Source of the DNA: Phoronis australis
Lineage: Eukaryota > Animalia > Phoronida
Assembly: GCA_002633005.1 (NCBI GenBank)
Contig: NMRA01000445.1
Location: 1 to 64,000 of the forward strand
Reading direction: 5' to 3'
DNA length: 64,000 nt
The notes under the pieces were generated by a model. That model ran no database searches. It was not told where the DNA came from and worked only from the letters and a program-made list of their open reading frames with translations. Both the position numbers and the translations under genes were made by a program. Of this stretch, positions 25,810 through 39,900 are shown in pieces (the stretch's first letter is position 1; each line of letters starts with the position of its first letter).

Positions 25810-27276
25810 GTCACCGATCATCAAGTGAATCCTGAAATAGCCTTAATGAATGGAGGATATGTTCTGGAGTTGTCACTACGCAAGGATGTTATAATTCTAA
25901 GAAGCTTAGTAAAAAAGTATATCGATCGTTACAACGCAAAGGATTATCCGGGTATGATTGCAGACGAAAGTTGGGATCCTACAATGTCGGACTATAGTAA
26001 CCCATGTATGTCTATGTATGCCATTTAACTTTCCATCTTTTTATTTTTTAGATGTAGGGAGAAACGAACACGGGTTTTGTTAGAATAACGCTTAGATATC
26101 TCTTCGTAAAGAACGTTTGTGCTTTGAAACTGTATTGAAATTAAAACGCGATCTTCGTCATCGCATAAATTACGCTCACTTTTTCTTCATTATTTTTGGA
26201 ATTTATCTTTGAAATTATGAACCTTTCAAAACGGGCTTGAAGTATTAAGACCACGTTTACAAAAAAACAGGACTTTATAAAATCTGCAGATGCGCACCAT
26301 AAGAAGAATGTTATGCTTCTTCACAGTGTAGTGAAATAATTTGGAAACTGCATATCGACTCCCCTACAAAGGAGGCTCTGTACGTTCATTGATCGGTTAT
26401 CACGAGATTCTCTTATCAAAATGATACCGTTTGTCGTGACATCCCCCAGTGGTACTAAAATTAGCGCTATTGCAAACTTATATCACGTAATTTCTTATCA
26501 ATGTTATCCTACGTGGACATTTGCTCCGGCGGTGGTTTCAGAGCGATCCTGACACAGCCTGGTCGCGCAACTGCATGGAAATTAACGCGTTATCTCTCAC
26601 CGGAGTGGCAGTGTTTCGCTAGTGGACCAACATGTTCGGCCAGAACGCTACACTTAATCATATTTTGCGTATTCGAGAAATCTGATATATCTCTTGACAT
26701 TTCTACATATGTTTCAGTTCAAAAATGATTTGCGACTGCTCGTTGGGGGCATAACACTTTTCCTCCGTCAAACGTATACGTATGTGGCGACTACCAATGG
26801 TGACATGACTTCAAGGAAACATCGGTGCATGTATACATAATTCACCTGTGGTTGCCTGGATTATACATCAGGTGTACCAAAAATGTTCCTATATTCATTC
26901 AAGAGGCAGTAATCTAAACTGTTTTACACGCAAGAACACAAAAATGCCTACAGTCTCAGTTTGTTATGGTAATACTTTTTTCCGAGAAGCTACTCTGGAA
27001 TTCATAAAAAGTAACACGTTAAAAAGTAAGGGAGACCGCAGACGGAGAGCTGAGTTGAGCTGTCGGTCATAAAAGTGTGACGTGAAGCAGACGTAGAGGA
27101 CGTACGGACGTTTCTAATTTGTGCGTGAGCAGTTCTAACCCTGATGTGGATAACTTGACGTGCGTCCAGTCCGGAGAAGAGCACATCGGGGAGGGTTCTA
27201 CCCGAATGTGTGGTTGCCCAGGTACATACATGTACTGTACGTTCTCCTAGTAAACCTCCAGTGTTGTCCACTTTTG

Positions 27277-27416
27277 CAAGCGTGCACCCAGCCTAAAATA
27301 TAGGGGGCTCGAAGTTTTCGGTATGCGGACTTTTTATTGAAAAAAATCAACGAGGAATTAAAAAAAGAAAAATAACGGGGCCACAGCCTCCCCCCTCCCC
27401 CCTGGGTGCGCTCATG
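27277..27416. mobile_element. MITE (CATGxGCGCACCCA family) with 5-bp TSD TTTTG
   Basis: CAAGCGTGCACCCAG ... CTGGGTGCGCTCATG; TTTTG on both flanks; related to 32219-32460 and 33772-34013. Confidence 0.75.
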
Positions 27417-28269
27417 TTTTGTTTGGGCCTCGGTTGGCCGATCTTTGAATTGACTGACAAGTTAATTCAAAAATCCCTTTTTTGCATTACTATTGTTGAC
27501 TATAGCTTTGTGTTAGCATTTTAAAAACTGTGAATGCGTAACGAAAATAAGTATAAAGGATGAAAAAGAGGCCAATACATGACTATGTGTATTTGGAGAA
27601 AGTAAGAAGTATGTGTGCACAAACGAAGCTAGAGGAAATCGGTTTACTTTCCAATCAGTCGCCTTTCTACTGATTCAGAAGTGAATGAATATCGGCATAA
27701 TATCGACACAAAATAAAGTTTGTACCACATGCAAGGACAACGGGTCCGAGTAACAGCACACGTCTACTAACTTCAAAAGCAACTGTTCTAGTAATGCAAC
27801 TGCGAGACCTTAGAATCTTTATTTGTTTAGAATTTAAAAGCACAGCTTAAACATGGCCTGTATAATATAAAACTGTTTTTCAAAGAAACCAACTTTTGAC
27901 TTAGATCCCTTCCCGCCATAAAATCGATCTCTCACACAAGATTTGGTTCCAGGAATTGGAAAGATCCGACAGTTCCTTAAAGAGGCATAGAATGCGAAAA
28001 CTCGCACAATACCTTTTAAACAGATCGTGGCGAATCTACTTCTTGGCGATGCTCACGTGAGAGTTAGGCACCTTGAATAGTGCAAGAACTTCTTAAAAAA
28101 TCGTCAAATTCACTATTTTTGAAACGCAAACGAAGTAAAAACTCTCATCCCAATGAAGCATCCCAATGAAATTTTCAAATTCTCCGCCCCTAATAATATG
28201 TTTGTGCGCATGATTGGGCTGAACTGGTTACTACTTGAAATCACCACTGTGTTGTTTATTTTAAAAGGT

Positions 28270-28535
28270 CAAAGGTCATATTTTCCATATAAGGGAAATG
28301 TGCTACTCTATCAAACGTTATGCCAAATAAGGAGACGTGCTTTGCCGTGTGAGAAAAATATCGACGAAGTGACGAGCAGTTGACAGTTGTTTTTTCTTTA
28401 ATTTCAAACTGAAGAAAAAACGTTGACATCAATAGAAATTCAAAATATTTATAAACCGTAAAAATACCTGGTGAACAGTTTGACTTCGGTTTCAGTTGCA
28501 GAGAGACACTTTAATAGTGTAATTTAGTCTGTTTT
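28270..28535 (+). repeat. Dispersed repeat, second copy at about 50800-51050
   Basis: Shared collinear blocks catataagggaaatgtgcta, aaataagga, acgagcagttgacag, ttgacatcaa, aatttagtctgtttt. Confidence 0.75.
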
Positions 28536-29976
28536 TCACTTTCTATGCCACTTTAATGCTTGAGATCTTGTTCTACAAGTTTGGTTGTTACGGCGAGTCA
28601 ATTTATGCTTTGACCACAATACACTCTCACGCAATAACGGACGGTCAGTTCTTACTGAGGTCAGCTCTCCCTTTAGCCAGCGTATGGATCAACTTCTGAC
28701 CAATTCCAGAATCGCGTGTGATCTAAACTAAAAGTTAGTTTTTGAATAACCACTTCAATATTTACAAAATGACAACATAACACGGAAATCACAAGGGCTC
28801 CATCGCTTTACTTGGCTTTGAACCTTTCGAACCCAATCGCATTACAAACATAAAATATTTTTGCCACTTTGCAAGCATCTTGCATAGATCATCTTTCTCT
28901 ACTGCCTTAAATTCGACACTAGTATTCGGAGAAATGGTGCTATGGAAACTGAACAGAATACCAGATATAACAGGTAGGTCTCAGTCATCAGTGTCGTCAT
29001 GACGATGATCATCAGATATTGTTACGCCACCAATGATACTTCTGCCCTCTGATTGGCTGAAACGCAGTGCTATAACTTCCGTCATGATGTCATGTTCACC
29101 GTGAAGCCGTAGAATATTAAAGTGTTCGTTCGTGCGGCTTGGACGTCAGATGACGTTAAATGTGACCTGACCAATCACAGACTGTAGAAAACATAAACCC
29201 CTGACCGTTTAAACAAATTGAGAAGACGGTGACACACAGTAGGCCTACATTAAAGAAGGCAAGAACATGACAATCGAATATGAAGCAATCAGAACAAAGA
29301 AGCAACAGTGGTCGACCTTCGGCTTCAGGCAACATTGAGCTCCGTCGGTCCACATGACTTGATATCGGTCCATATCTGTATAATGCAAGTTTTCTAGGTC
29401 TATATGGCAAAGACTGCGGCTTTACAATTTCCTTGTCTGCACGTGCATAATACAGCGTCATTTTTTACAAGAACCAAACAAATTTAGAGCACATGAAAGC
29501 CGCCGGCCCTATCACAAAAACTCGCAATGTTGCTTGTAGGCACGCGCGTTTCAAAATTCGTCGCAAACAAACAGATAGGATACTCAGAAAACCCCATCAT
29601 GGCACTCTTTAGCTGGATTTACATGTCCAGTTCTGAAACCACATGTTACCAGTGCACAAGTCCTTGAACTTGATTTTACCCTCTATATGGTGATCCAAAT
29701 CAAGCATACATAGCTAAAAAGGCATTGGAGTTCAACTTGTTCAGAGTTGTTGACACTGATTTGGTAATTTTCAAAGTAAACTTTCATGAAGTCTGATCAA
29801 ATAAGTAGACCTACATTAGTAGTCATGAAATCGACAAGCCGTTTTGTGAGTTCTTTTGCCATCTTGAACGAAAGGGAAGACATTCCAGGAAGAGAAAATA
29901 GCCTGACCAGCAAAATCAGTACTTATAACACACGTTCAGATTTGCATCCACATCATTCATGGAATATGCGTCGACT

Positions 29977-30933
29977 GGTAGGTTGGAAGACATAGTATGG
30001 ACACGTATTAGTGTGACTGTCTTGCAAATCTTCTAAGCTTCGAGTACGTCTCCCTGCTTTTTACAGCGCATTCGTCAAACAATGCGCTGCAATGTAAACA
30101 GTCTACAATGTACTTTCCATGGCCTCTAACCTTTCACCTTTTTCCACGCAGGACGGGATGCTTCTGTAAGTTTTCCCGCTTAGGTTTCGTGTTTTAGGAA
30201 TCAAGGAAGCGTCGTCAGTTATACCGCCTCCGTTCTGTTCTTCGTCTTGAAAACGAATCCGTGACTGGTTCGGCGATTTGCTCTTTGACGTCTGTGTTCG
30301 AAGAAACTGGGCAGGTGGTCGTAGTAACGAGCTATCAACTCCGTCAGCGCCGGTGCCATTCGGCGAAGGTTCACTGTCTTTACCGTCGTCTGGGGTATTG
30401 CCGGACTGACTACTTTGTTGTGAGCTTCTCCACCCTGTCGCTTTCTTGTCGTAANGGTAGGCTGGAAGACATAGAATGGACAAGTATTAGTGTAGCTGTC
30501 GTGCAAATCTTCTAAGCTTCGAGTACGTCTCCCTGCTTTTTACAGCGCATTCGTCAAACAATGCGCTGCAATGTAAACAGTCTACAATGTACTTTCCATA
30601 GCCTCTAACCTTTCACCTTTTTCCACGCAGGACGGGATGCTTCTGTAAGTTTTCCCGCTTAGGTTTCGTTTTTTAGAAATCAAGGAAGCGTCATCAGTTA
30701 TACCGCCTCCGTTCTGTTCTTCGTCTTGAAAACGAATCCGTGACTGGTTCGGCGATTTGCTCTTTGGCGTGTGTGTTCGAAGAAACTGGGCAGGTGGACG
30801 TAGTAATGAGCTATCAACTCCGTCAGCGCCGGTGCCATTCGGCGAAGGTTCACTGTCTTTACCGTCGTCTGGGGTATTGCCGGACTGACTACTTTGTTGT
30901 GAGCTTCTCCACCCTGTCGCTTTCTTGTCGTAA
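29977..30933. repeat. 478-bp tandem duplication of the GluN2 last exon and 3' UTR split by an N (probable uncollapsed haplotypes)
   Basis: 29977-30454 matches 30456-30933 with scattered SNPs; the junction is N 30455; copy A has no splice acceptor. Confidence 0.9.
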
Positions 30934-30993
30934 ATGTCATTTGAACCACTTTTCAAACTTGGTGATTTGGGAACGGCTTTGTATCCGAGTTCC
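30582..30993 (-). CDS. GRIN2: GluN2 exon 16 (distal C-terminal domain, PDZ ligand ESTL)
   Basis: ttttccag acceptor, phase 2; open to TAG at 30582-30584; class I PDZ motif comparable to ESDV. Confidence 0.88.
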
Positions 30994-33900
30994 CTGGAAA
31001 AATAATACCCCGACTAAAGTCATAGTGACACCTGAACGAAATTTGGAGTGCCAAACCCAGTGCTGTAGTGGGGCGTAGGCGCACGTAGGCGCAGCCAACC
31101 ACCTTTTGGCATTTGAACGTAGGGCCTACGCACCGTAAGTTACGTTCAGTGCTAAAGGTGATACAGTGGGCTTTGGGCGCCTACTTACCTCCAATTGTAC
31201 CACTACAGCACTGCCCAAACCGTGACGGTTCAACGGACTCCTGTTTACGCTATATTTGTGTTCTTTTCGCGCATAATTTGCACGCTGTTAGTAACAGAAA
31301 TGGGTCGCAATGACACGCTGTAAAACGTGAAAGGTTACGTACTGTGCACGCCTATCCATCAGGGCCAGGATGTGAACCTGGCTCACAGTGACAAGCGATA
31401 TTCACAAGTGATTCCCGTAAGTCAATGCTGCCAAATTTTTAAAGAATTTATAACGATTTCCATGCAACTCCCGCACAGTACACAGACATTTCACTGACAT
31501 TTCCGAGCAAGATCATAAAGTATTCGTCAATTTCTGTATACATTGATTCAGTACATATAAAAAGTACTTGTGTACGACAACGCCATACAGGAACTGATGA
31601 ATATTGTACCGAATGAGCGTGTTTCTGACGAGTTTTATCACGATGACTTAGGTGCCAGCGCGCTCGACTTAATCGTGCAATGCTGGGGTGGCCTATCTAC
31701 ATGTAGGTCTATGCACGTCTGTGCGGAAAAAGTATCAATGACCATGGAAAATAATTAAAAACGTAGACGCAGCTGTGGTGGCATCGTTTGCTTAGGTATA
31801 AGTCATCTCCAAAAACGGAAAAATATTTATACTTGTAAAGTGAAGAAGAAAGTCATAACGTACATTTCGTTTACATGTAAGAATATTTTCCTTTGATTAA
31901 AACCTCCTGCGATTTCAAGACTTAATTACCACTGCCATACATGCATACGTTTAGATAAGCCTACATAGCTTTACCTGAGTCTGTTCTGAAGTCTCTCAAT
32001 GCGAACCAGAGCAATGTCTAGCTCGTGTTTGACTTTCCACATTTGCGTCTCACAAAGAGGATTTTTACATTTGAAATGTTTTTGGACATCAATCATCTCC
32101 ATCACGGATTGTTCAAATGTCAGAGATTTCCCCATGCTCTGGAAAGAAGTGCACGCGCGAAGATTATCAAGTATAGCTTCTGGTAAGTATGAATTCAGTT
32201 AAGGGATCGATTACACCACATGCGCGCACCCACGGGGTGGGGGCTCGCACGAGATCCCCCTCCCAATTTAGGCGAAGTGGGCAAAAATGGCAACCACTCC
32301 ACCTCAAAGATAACGAGACAAAAATCCATTTAAAAGGCAGGAATTACTACAATTCGGCGAATGCACAACTCATAGCTCGGTCGCAACGTACCTCGTGAAT
32401 CGTAGTAAAAGGCCCACATTCTCAAAAATTCGAGCTCCCCATTTTATGGGTACGCACATGCACCAAACTTGTTCTCAAAACGTTGGAGCAAGTCTTAAAA
32501 CCTTGATGAAACAGGCTGATGGTGGGTGGAAACGAACGACCTTGACCGAACATGTACATCGAATGTGACTGTCCATGAGTGTAAGTGTAACGCGTGTCTC
32601 CAACAATCATTCGTTTCCTACCCAGTGCATACAGCCCGTTGTGACAGCGCCCTCATTTGGCTGGCCCATGAAACATTTTCAAGTTAAGCCACATGATGGG
32701 AAGGAATACTGTTTCTTGTCGGAGTTCTATGCTCTCAGAATATTCCTCATGACGGATTTAGAGGGGGGCCAATTGGGTCATACATTCCCCTTAAAACTCT
32801 CCTATATTCCATTTGGCAGTTCGGGGATGCAAGTGTATGACTGGCAATATCCTGGCTAGTATTCTACCCTGCCCCTCGCTACTAACTAAAAATCCTGTAT
32901 CCGCCCCTTTTTTCCAATAGCGGTGACAAAAACTGGTCGGTCAAATCACCAAGATGAATGTATTGTGTATATATATACTTACCAAACTAATGAGACCACA
33001 ACAACCACATTTATCCCACTTGCTCAATTTCCGTCGCATAAACTTGAAATACATGTGCTCCAGCAGCATAAGTAATACAGACAGTAACACGCCGCCAGCT
33101 AAAAGGTAGTAAGCTGAGGTGAAGTTGATAATTTCGAGTGGGTGACTAGTTTCAAGTCCCTTACTTGACTGACCAGTCTTACAAGCTCCAGACATCCAGT
33201 ATGACTGAAGTTTCTCCAAAATACCTGAAATAGTGTAAACCAGTCTCAGGGGCTGGAAACCACTCTTACCACACACTGCAAATGAAACTGTTACCACGGA
33301 GAAAAAAAAACTTACCAAGGAACCTGAACTCTAACCCCACTCAGGCATTCTCAACGCACGCGAGTTTAATTCAAGTGACCCAGAACACAACATAAAACCT
33401 GGACTCAAAACCTATTAATCTCACCTTGTTTTTGATACTTCATTAGCTGCTCATTAAATTTTGGTAGCCACTTGGCGTCACCCTTTGGAAACCCAATACC
33501 GTATCCCGTCATGGCGTACCACGCCCCTACAGTGCGAAGACGGCAATCTTTGTCTTTCCCCGCCATGTAGTCTAGCACGGTGGCATCATATATGAACGCA
33601 TCAAGATTACTGGAAAATAAGACCTTCGTGTAAACAGACCATTGGTGCCACCAGCAGATGGCGCTAAATCATGCGATGAAGGCACAGTTGATGTAACATA
33701 ACTTATTTGATAATCACTTGCTCCAACAAAAAGCAAACCTCACGAGCAATTGTTCCTGAGTAGTAAGTAGACATGGGCGCACCCAGGGGGGGGGCTCGGC
33801 GAGGGGCTCGGGGGGGGGGCTCGAATCAGTGAAACAAGAAGTCGGAGTAAACGAGACAAAATTCCGCAAAGTCAACAGGAATTCGGCGCAGATGCACGAT

Positions 33901-36900
33901 TAGCAGGCGGGAACCTATTGGCCTCGTTTTTTTAGTCCTCATTGATTTTTCCAGTGAAAGGTCCGATTATCGAGCCCCACCCCCGGCTATATTTTAGGTT
34001 GGGTGCGCGCATGGTAGATAGGCATTTTAACCTCCTAAATTCTGCTAAGGTTACCCGGACAGGGAGGTGAGATATTCTTACGACTGTACTCATTAGTTTT
34101 GTTTCAATTGGAATGGGCTGAGATCCGTACACCCAAATCATTAGCACTGTATTTGTGGCGGGAAATTGTCATTTATGAAACAGAAAAGACAAATTCCATC
34201 CCACAACTTAACATTTCAATGTCACAGCGGCCATTTTGTTAGGGCACGCTGTTAAACCCTCCGAGCACGCTTGTGATTCGAAACTCACGTCTACGGAGCG
34301 CATGCGCAGCCTAGATTAATGAGACTAAATTTCACAGAAGCATGACATCTGCAACCAAACATGTGGAGGTCAACTTACTCTTCTTTGATCATTTGTATGG
34401 CGTCTACTTTACTTGGTAGAAGAAAGTTATTATCTCGCATGTACCGATAGAGGCGCTCGTGATTATTTCGTAGCACATTGGCCGTATTCCCCGAGTTAAG
34501 TGTTCCGTATCGAAATGCTGGCTTTGTTGCTTTAGGAAATTGAAGCTGAAACGAATATTGAATGGAGTAGACTGGAGAAAAGTCCGTAAAATACATTCCC
34601 TGAATGTTCAGTCACACACTTTTAAATTCATCGGTTTTTGATCCTGCAGTCGTCTGCTCTTTAATTTGACGTCGCGCCATCATGACCGTCGTCGTTGTCG
34701 TCATTATAATAATCATCATGAGCGATCATTTATATATCATGCATAAAAGTTTAGACTAAGCTTTTGTAACTGTTATCTGTTCCATCATTCCAGTCTAGTG
34801 GCTACCTTTGGATCTTGCAATCCTCTAAGTCGGTAGAAATCTTCTTTTGCGATCATGAAGGCAGCAAGATTAGCTGTGTAACTTGCAAGAAACACAAGAG
34901 CAAACAAAGCCCAGATGCTGCCCATGAAACGACTAGCGACCCCTTTCGGCGTGTCGGTGTCCACGGCAGCTCCAAAGAGCATTGCCCATATGAGCCAAAA
35001 CGATCTGAACAGGGAAAATTTGTGGTCTGCAAAACAAGTGTTGTAGGTCGATTAAAAAACAATAGACGTCGCTCATGAAGAAATGCATAAGTAAAACTGT
35101 CAATGCTGTGGAAGCTATGGAACTGAACCAAATGAGTCTTCCCGCCAGCAGTAGGATGTAGACATAAAGTTGCTGACGACAAATCGACTTAAAGACGCCA
35201 TAAAAGTGCCTTCCGCTTATGAAAATAAATTTCGATATAGACCACTTGCCGCCGTTAAATTGGCTTCAGTTTTGTCCTTGAAAGTCAGAGGTGATATGTT
35301 GGCTGGCAAAGACCTGTGTGAGAACTGAGACGTTTAATGGGACTTTTTCTGTCTTAAATCGGACAAACTTAAGGCCATGATGTTTAACCCCTTGACATTT
35401 CTTAAGACCAAAATTAAGACCGAAATCGGTATGTGCTAACACCGAAAGTGAGCCCGCTACGGAGTAGATTTTAGATTGGCTTTTTGTCTACTAGTTGACC
35501 CGTGACCAAACCTACGACTATCACCACTGTAAACTGTTGAGGAGCAAAATTTCGTTGATATTTTCAAAATCTTATGGCCCTAAATAATGTTAAATTGCGG
35601 ATCCACTGCTTTCAATTCGAGAACCGGCCAGGCTACAGAGGCTGAGGCATGCAGTGCGATACTTTAAAGACACTCCAAGGTCTTCTCAAGCAAAAGACAT
35701 CCCAATTGTATCCAAAATGTTGTAAATTAATCATCTCATTTTGAGTTTAAAGATCAAGATGATTCTTGATATCGCAGTTCACACACGGCTTCACTTAATT
35801 CTGTAATTTCGCAACAGTTGTTGAAAGCGTAGTTTTTATGGTCACGTATGGAGAAAACTACTTAACCTCGGTTTAGTTAAGACCAAAGACCAAAAACCAA
35901 CTTTGCGTTCACGAAACGATGTCTTCTGAATTTTCGTCTTTGGTCTTAACAGTTAGCCCGAATTTCGGTTTTAACTCAGACAAAGTTTTAGACTTGGGCT
36001 AAATCTTTTTAAAAAGACTTAAGTCTTTTTAAAAAGTGGTTAAAACCACTTTTCATGAAACGGGCTCCAGGCTCTGCAAGTCGACTTGTCGCGGCGGCGA
36101 GTTATTCTGTGCACCGAACATTGTCTCAAGTGATGACGAACTGTCAGTTTTCCGGGCACAAAAACCACTTCTAGAGTTAGAAACAAGTTGTGAACTAAGT
36201 CTTACAGTACGCGTTATACGTGAAAGCTAATATTCCTCGACAAGTGATATTTGAAATGCTTTTCATAGTACTAACATAATCTATTCCAAAGTACTTAAAC
36301 GTAATTACAAACATGGATCTGTTAGTTACTACATGGATGACCTGCATAAATGAAAGAACATGGTGAAACAGTTAGTAACAGTGGTGCGGCGGCTGTAAAA
36401 GATCAGTACGGACTTTTGTCTTCAATCCTAACTCTATCGCGAGAGAGTAAATATCTCGAGACGATCCCCATCTCTACTGATAGACCTACCATCGATAAGG
36501 TTAGTAAGGCTATTGATAAAAAGTCGTATCGATAGCGATACCAACTCTATCGATACTATCTCTATCGATAAAGATACTGTCTATGTCGATAGAGTTAGAG
36601 AAGCTTTCCCTAAAGATAGAGATATTGAACCTTAAGAGGTACTAAATCTATAGATAGTGTAACTACTTCTACCGAAGAATCACTGAGTCTATAGACTGAT
36701 CCCTTACAACCACGCATTTAAGATGGAGAAACAAAATACACGAGGTAGCTGGCAGAGTAGGTAGACCCAGAAGAGCATGCTGGCACGGAAGAACATGCAT
36801 GGAGAAAGAAGAGGTATTAGACTGGCGTAAGTCTAGTATACGGGGTGTCCCAAAAGTAATGGCTGTCTGATTTAAGTGCTTGTACATTGAAATTGAAAAA

Positions 36901-39900
36901 TAGATAGTCATGAAAAACGGCTAATGTATAAGTGTCATTTCTTTGGAAGGTGCGCACATCAAAAGTGGAGTTGCTAACTTTTCCGATTTGAATTGGTGCT
37001 GCAAAAATGTTCGATCTAGTGACTCCTTTTGAGTTGAGCGAAATCACGTTGGTTTATCATGCTAGTCTGTAATTATACCACTTGCTGAGCAAATGAGGTA
37101 ACACCCTGCATGACATAAAATCGTCCTGGGTATTAGAAATCACACCCGTTTTAACATGGCTGCAGTGCAATTTTCGAGAGAACAACGAATATTAGTTGTT
37201 CATCAATGCGGCATCAGTACCAAATTACTTATACAAACCATCCAAGCTTTTTGGAAAGAATACCCAAATCTTCAACTTCAAGTAGAAATTAAATTATTGA
37301 TCGTAAACTTGTGGACAAATTCACAGACTCAGTGCTCTTAGAATAACAGGCATAGGAAGGAATGCGATGATTACGGTAAAGTGCGATCCAGGGCTACGGA
37401 TTTAGTGCTGTGCGTGGAATTAGATTGAACACAAACATAATTTAACAAACTTGATTCAGTCAAAATAAAAGTGATATTTGTATTCATTAGCAACTTTATT
37501 TCTTTCCATTAAGAACTAAGCGAAATTCCTTGCGTGTTTTCAGTCGGATAGAACTGTGAAAAAACCAATGTAACAAAAATAATTCAAATCTCGCTTCAAG
37601 TCACTTTCCTGAATATTTATGTACTTATTTAAAATGATTGAGGATTCAAACTGGGGTATCATTACTTTTGGGACAACATGTGCAGTCTTGGGCATAAATA
37701 AGATCCAACAACAAGGCTCGGTTTTGAGCACTCAATTGGAAAGGACGCACCCGTAGAGCATTGTCAAAGATTTGAGAGACAACTATTCATGAAAACCTTT
37801 CAACACCGATTTTTAACCGGCAGGCGAAAGACAAGCAGGCGTCACATTGGGAGCTATTTCCCGTCGTTTTACTGCTAAAGATAAGCATACACTACTATTC
37901 GTAAGCCTGGGTAAGGATTTAATTCGTTGAAAAGTTTAAGATGTCCTGTGTCTGACATTAGAAGTAGCGAAGTTTCGGAATAAGCGGACACCTCTAATAA
38001 ACCCTCTACTTGTAGGAACTTGATCACGACTCCACTGTTATCAGCGTGTACCAGATCACGGGAATGACAGTTTGTGAAAGGTGTTTGTAGAGAAAGTGAA
38101 GACGGTACGAATTTTGACCATTACTTTACCATTGCTATGTAGATATCTGTCGAGTCAATATTATACAAAATATGATAAAAACTAGTGTAAAAATTAGTTG
38201 ATGGCAGACGTTTCAAACTGCTCGTGTTTTTTCAAAAACAAAATTCAAATCTGAAATAATCCAGGGTTCACTCAGTTTTGATACCCTGGCTTTGACAAAC
38301 AGCAAATGAAAGCGCTCTAGAGTGCGACACTTGGCGAAATTGAAGGCAAAACGATAATAATAAGGAGGACGGATTATTATGATGACAGTCATCATCTAAA
38401 CCATGACTTAGCAACGTAAATTGTATGAGTACTACAACGATGATCATTCAATCAGAAGGCGACGATTGACGAAATTGAACAAACAATGCAATGACGAAGA
38501 CGACGATGTGTAACAAATATGGTATCCATGACGATGAAGATGAAGGAAAAGCCTTGTGCAACGTTGGTTAATTTACAATGAAGCGATGAATGTTCTGTAA
38601 GTAAAAGAGCAGCCGCCAGAAAACCTACAATAATCGTCGTAATAAGACGCGGGTGTGACTCCGTTCTTGTAGCTCTTGAAGACATCAATTCCCATTACGG
38701 AAGAAAACTATTTAAACGACTGCCGAGCTGGTGGCTCCGTAAAGTATGATTAAAAACAGTGCCATTCTGTGTCCAACTATAAGCGAACTAATATCACTCG
38801 AGATACTGACAAATTAAATGCTGTGTATCAATGCCATGTCACTCGGACGAGAAATCGGATCTGCATGATGCAAATAGTACGAAAAGTCTAGAAGCCACGT
38901 TTTTCTTTTACCCTGGAACGATTGTTGGTACTAAGCCGGGGACATGTCCTAGCTAGTAACGAACCTAAACCTTCAGTAAATCTCCAATTACTCGAGAGCA
39001 TTAAGTCATAGCCACAAACAGATGATGCAATTTCATAGCCCTTGGCAAGTTCTCCACATACCAAGTTTCAGAAAGTTGGCTCAAAGGATTGCAGAGCTGC
39101 GGTAACGTAATGCAAATTTTTGAAAAATGACTGCCTCAGCGCCATCTTCTGTCTAACTTAAACCACAAACAAAAAGCTCCACGAGAACCAGGTCTTTTTG
39201 CTGCTGTTTAGCTGTCTTTAATGTTGAATTCTCAACCGAAGCGCCCATAGAATCATTGTAGCCGAATGAGCCGGCAACTCAAGGCACCAACAATGCGTTT
39301 CGATGCGCCATTTCCAACTGAATTCGCCCAAGTTTGGAATTGGCCATCTCGAAACGTTTTCTGGAATCGGTGATAGCATTGATGTTCTAGTTGGTAATCC
39401 TGCCCCGGCAAGGAATATTATGATACTCCGACGTCATAAAAATAAAGGCTCTCAATTTTCGTTTTTAGCCAGATAATCAGGGCGAAATACAGCTGTGAAA
39501 TGTCGTGTGCACGTTCTTCGTTCTCCTCCACAACCCCACAACTCACTTGTGAATGCGCTCAAATCTCACGTTAGCGACAACCTACATAAGACTCGGTGTT
39601 CAACATATGTAACCTTGAACCCTCAAACTTGTTCCAGGTTGAATATACGTAATCTGCATCGGATATTACCGAGTACGCACAGAGAATGTGGTGTATTCGT
39701 TATCTGTTTTTAGTTAGAACCGGATGTAGTTTTGAACCAACCAGTTATAGAGTAAACGTGTCAACTTTCCACTGGTAATTTAGAATACACCACAGAGAAC
39801 TCTCTCGTGCGTACAGCTGTCCTCACACCCCTGAAGACTGATCGAATGAGCTTTATGGGCAAGAGTACCAAAGGATCCTCAGACATGCCGATGCGGAGAA

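Noticed and set aside
30103-30483. Second GluN2 terminal exon (alternative C-terminus)
   Set aside because: The copy starts at N 30455, lacks the acceptor and 5' part of the exon and differs only by scattered SNPs; best explained as an uncollapsed allele.
33316-33330. Microexon in GluN2 intron 13 (strong GTAAGT donor)
   Set aside because: The nearest acceptor gives 8 nt (frameshift); the 15-nt alternative has no polypyrimidine tract.
35064-35075. Docking site GACGTCGCTC complementary to sequences downstream of both exon 10a and exon 10b
   Set aside because: Only about 7 bp of pairing each; not above chance without conservation data.
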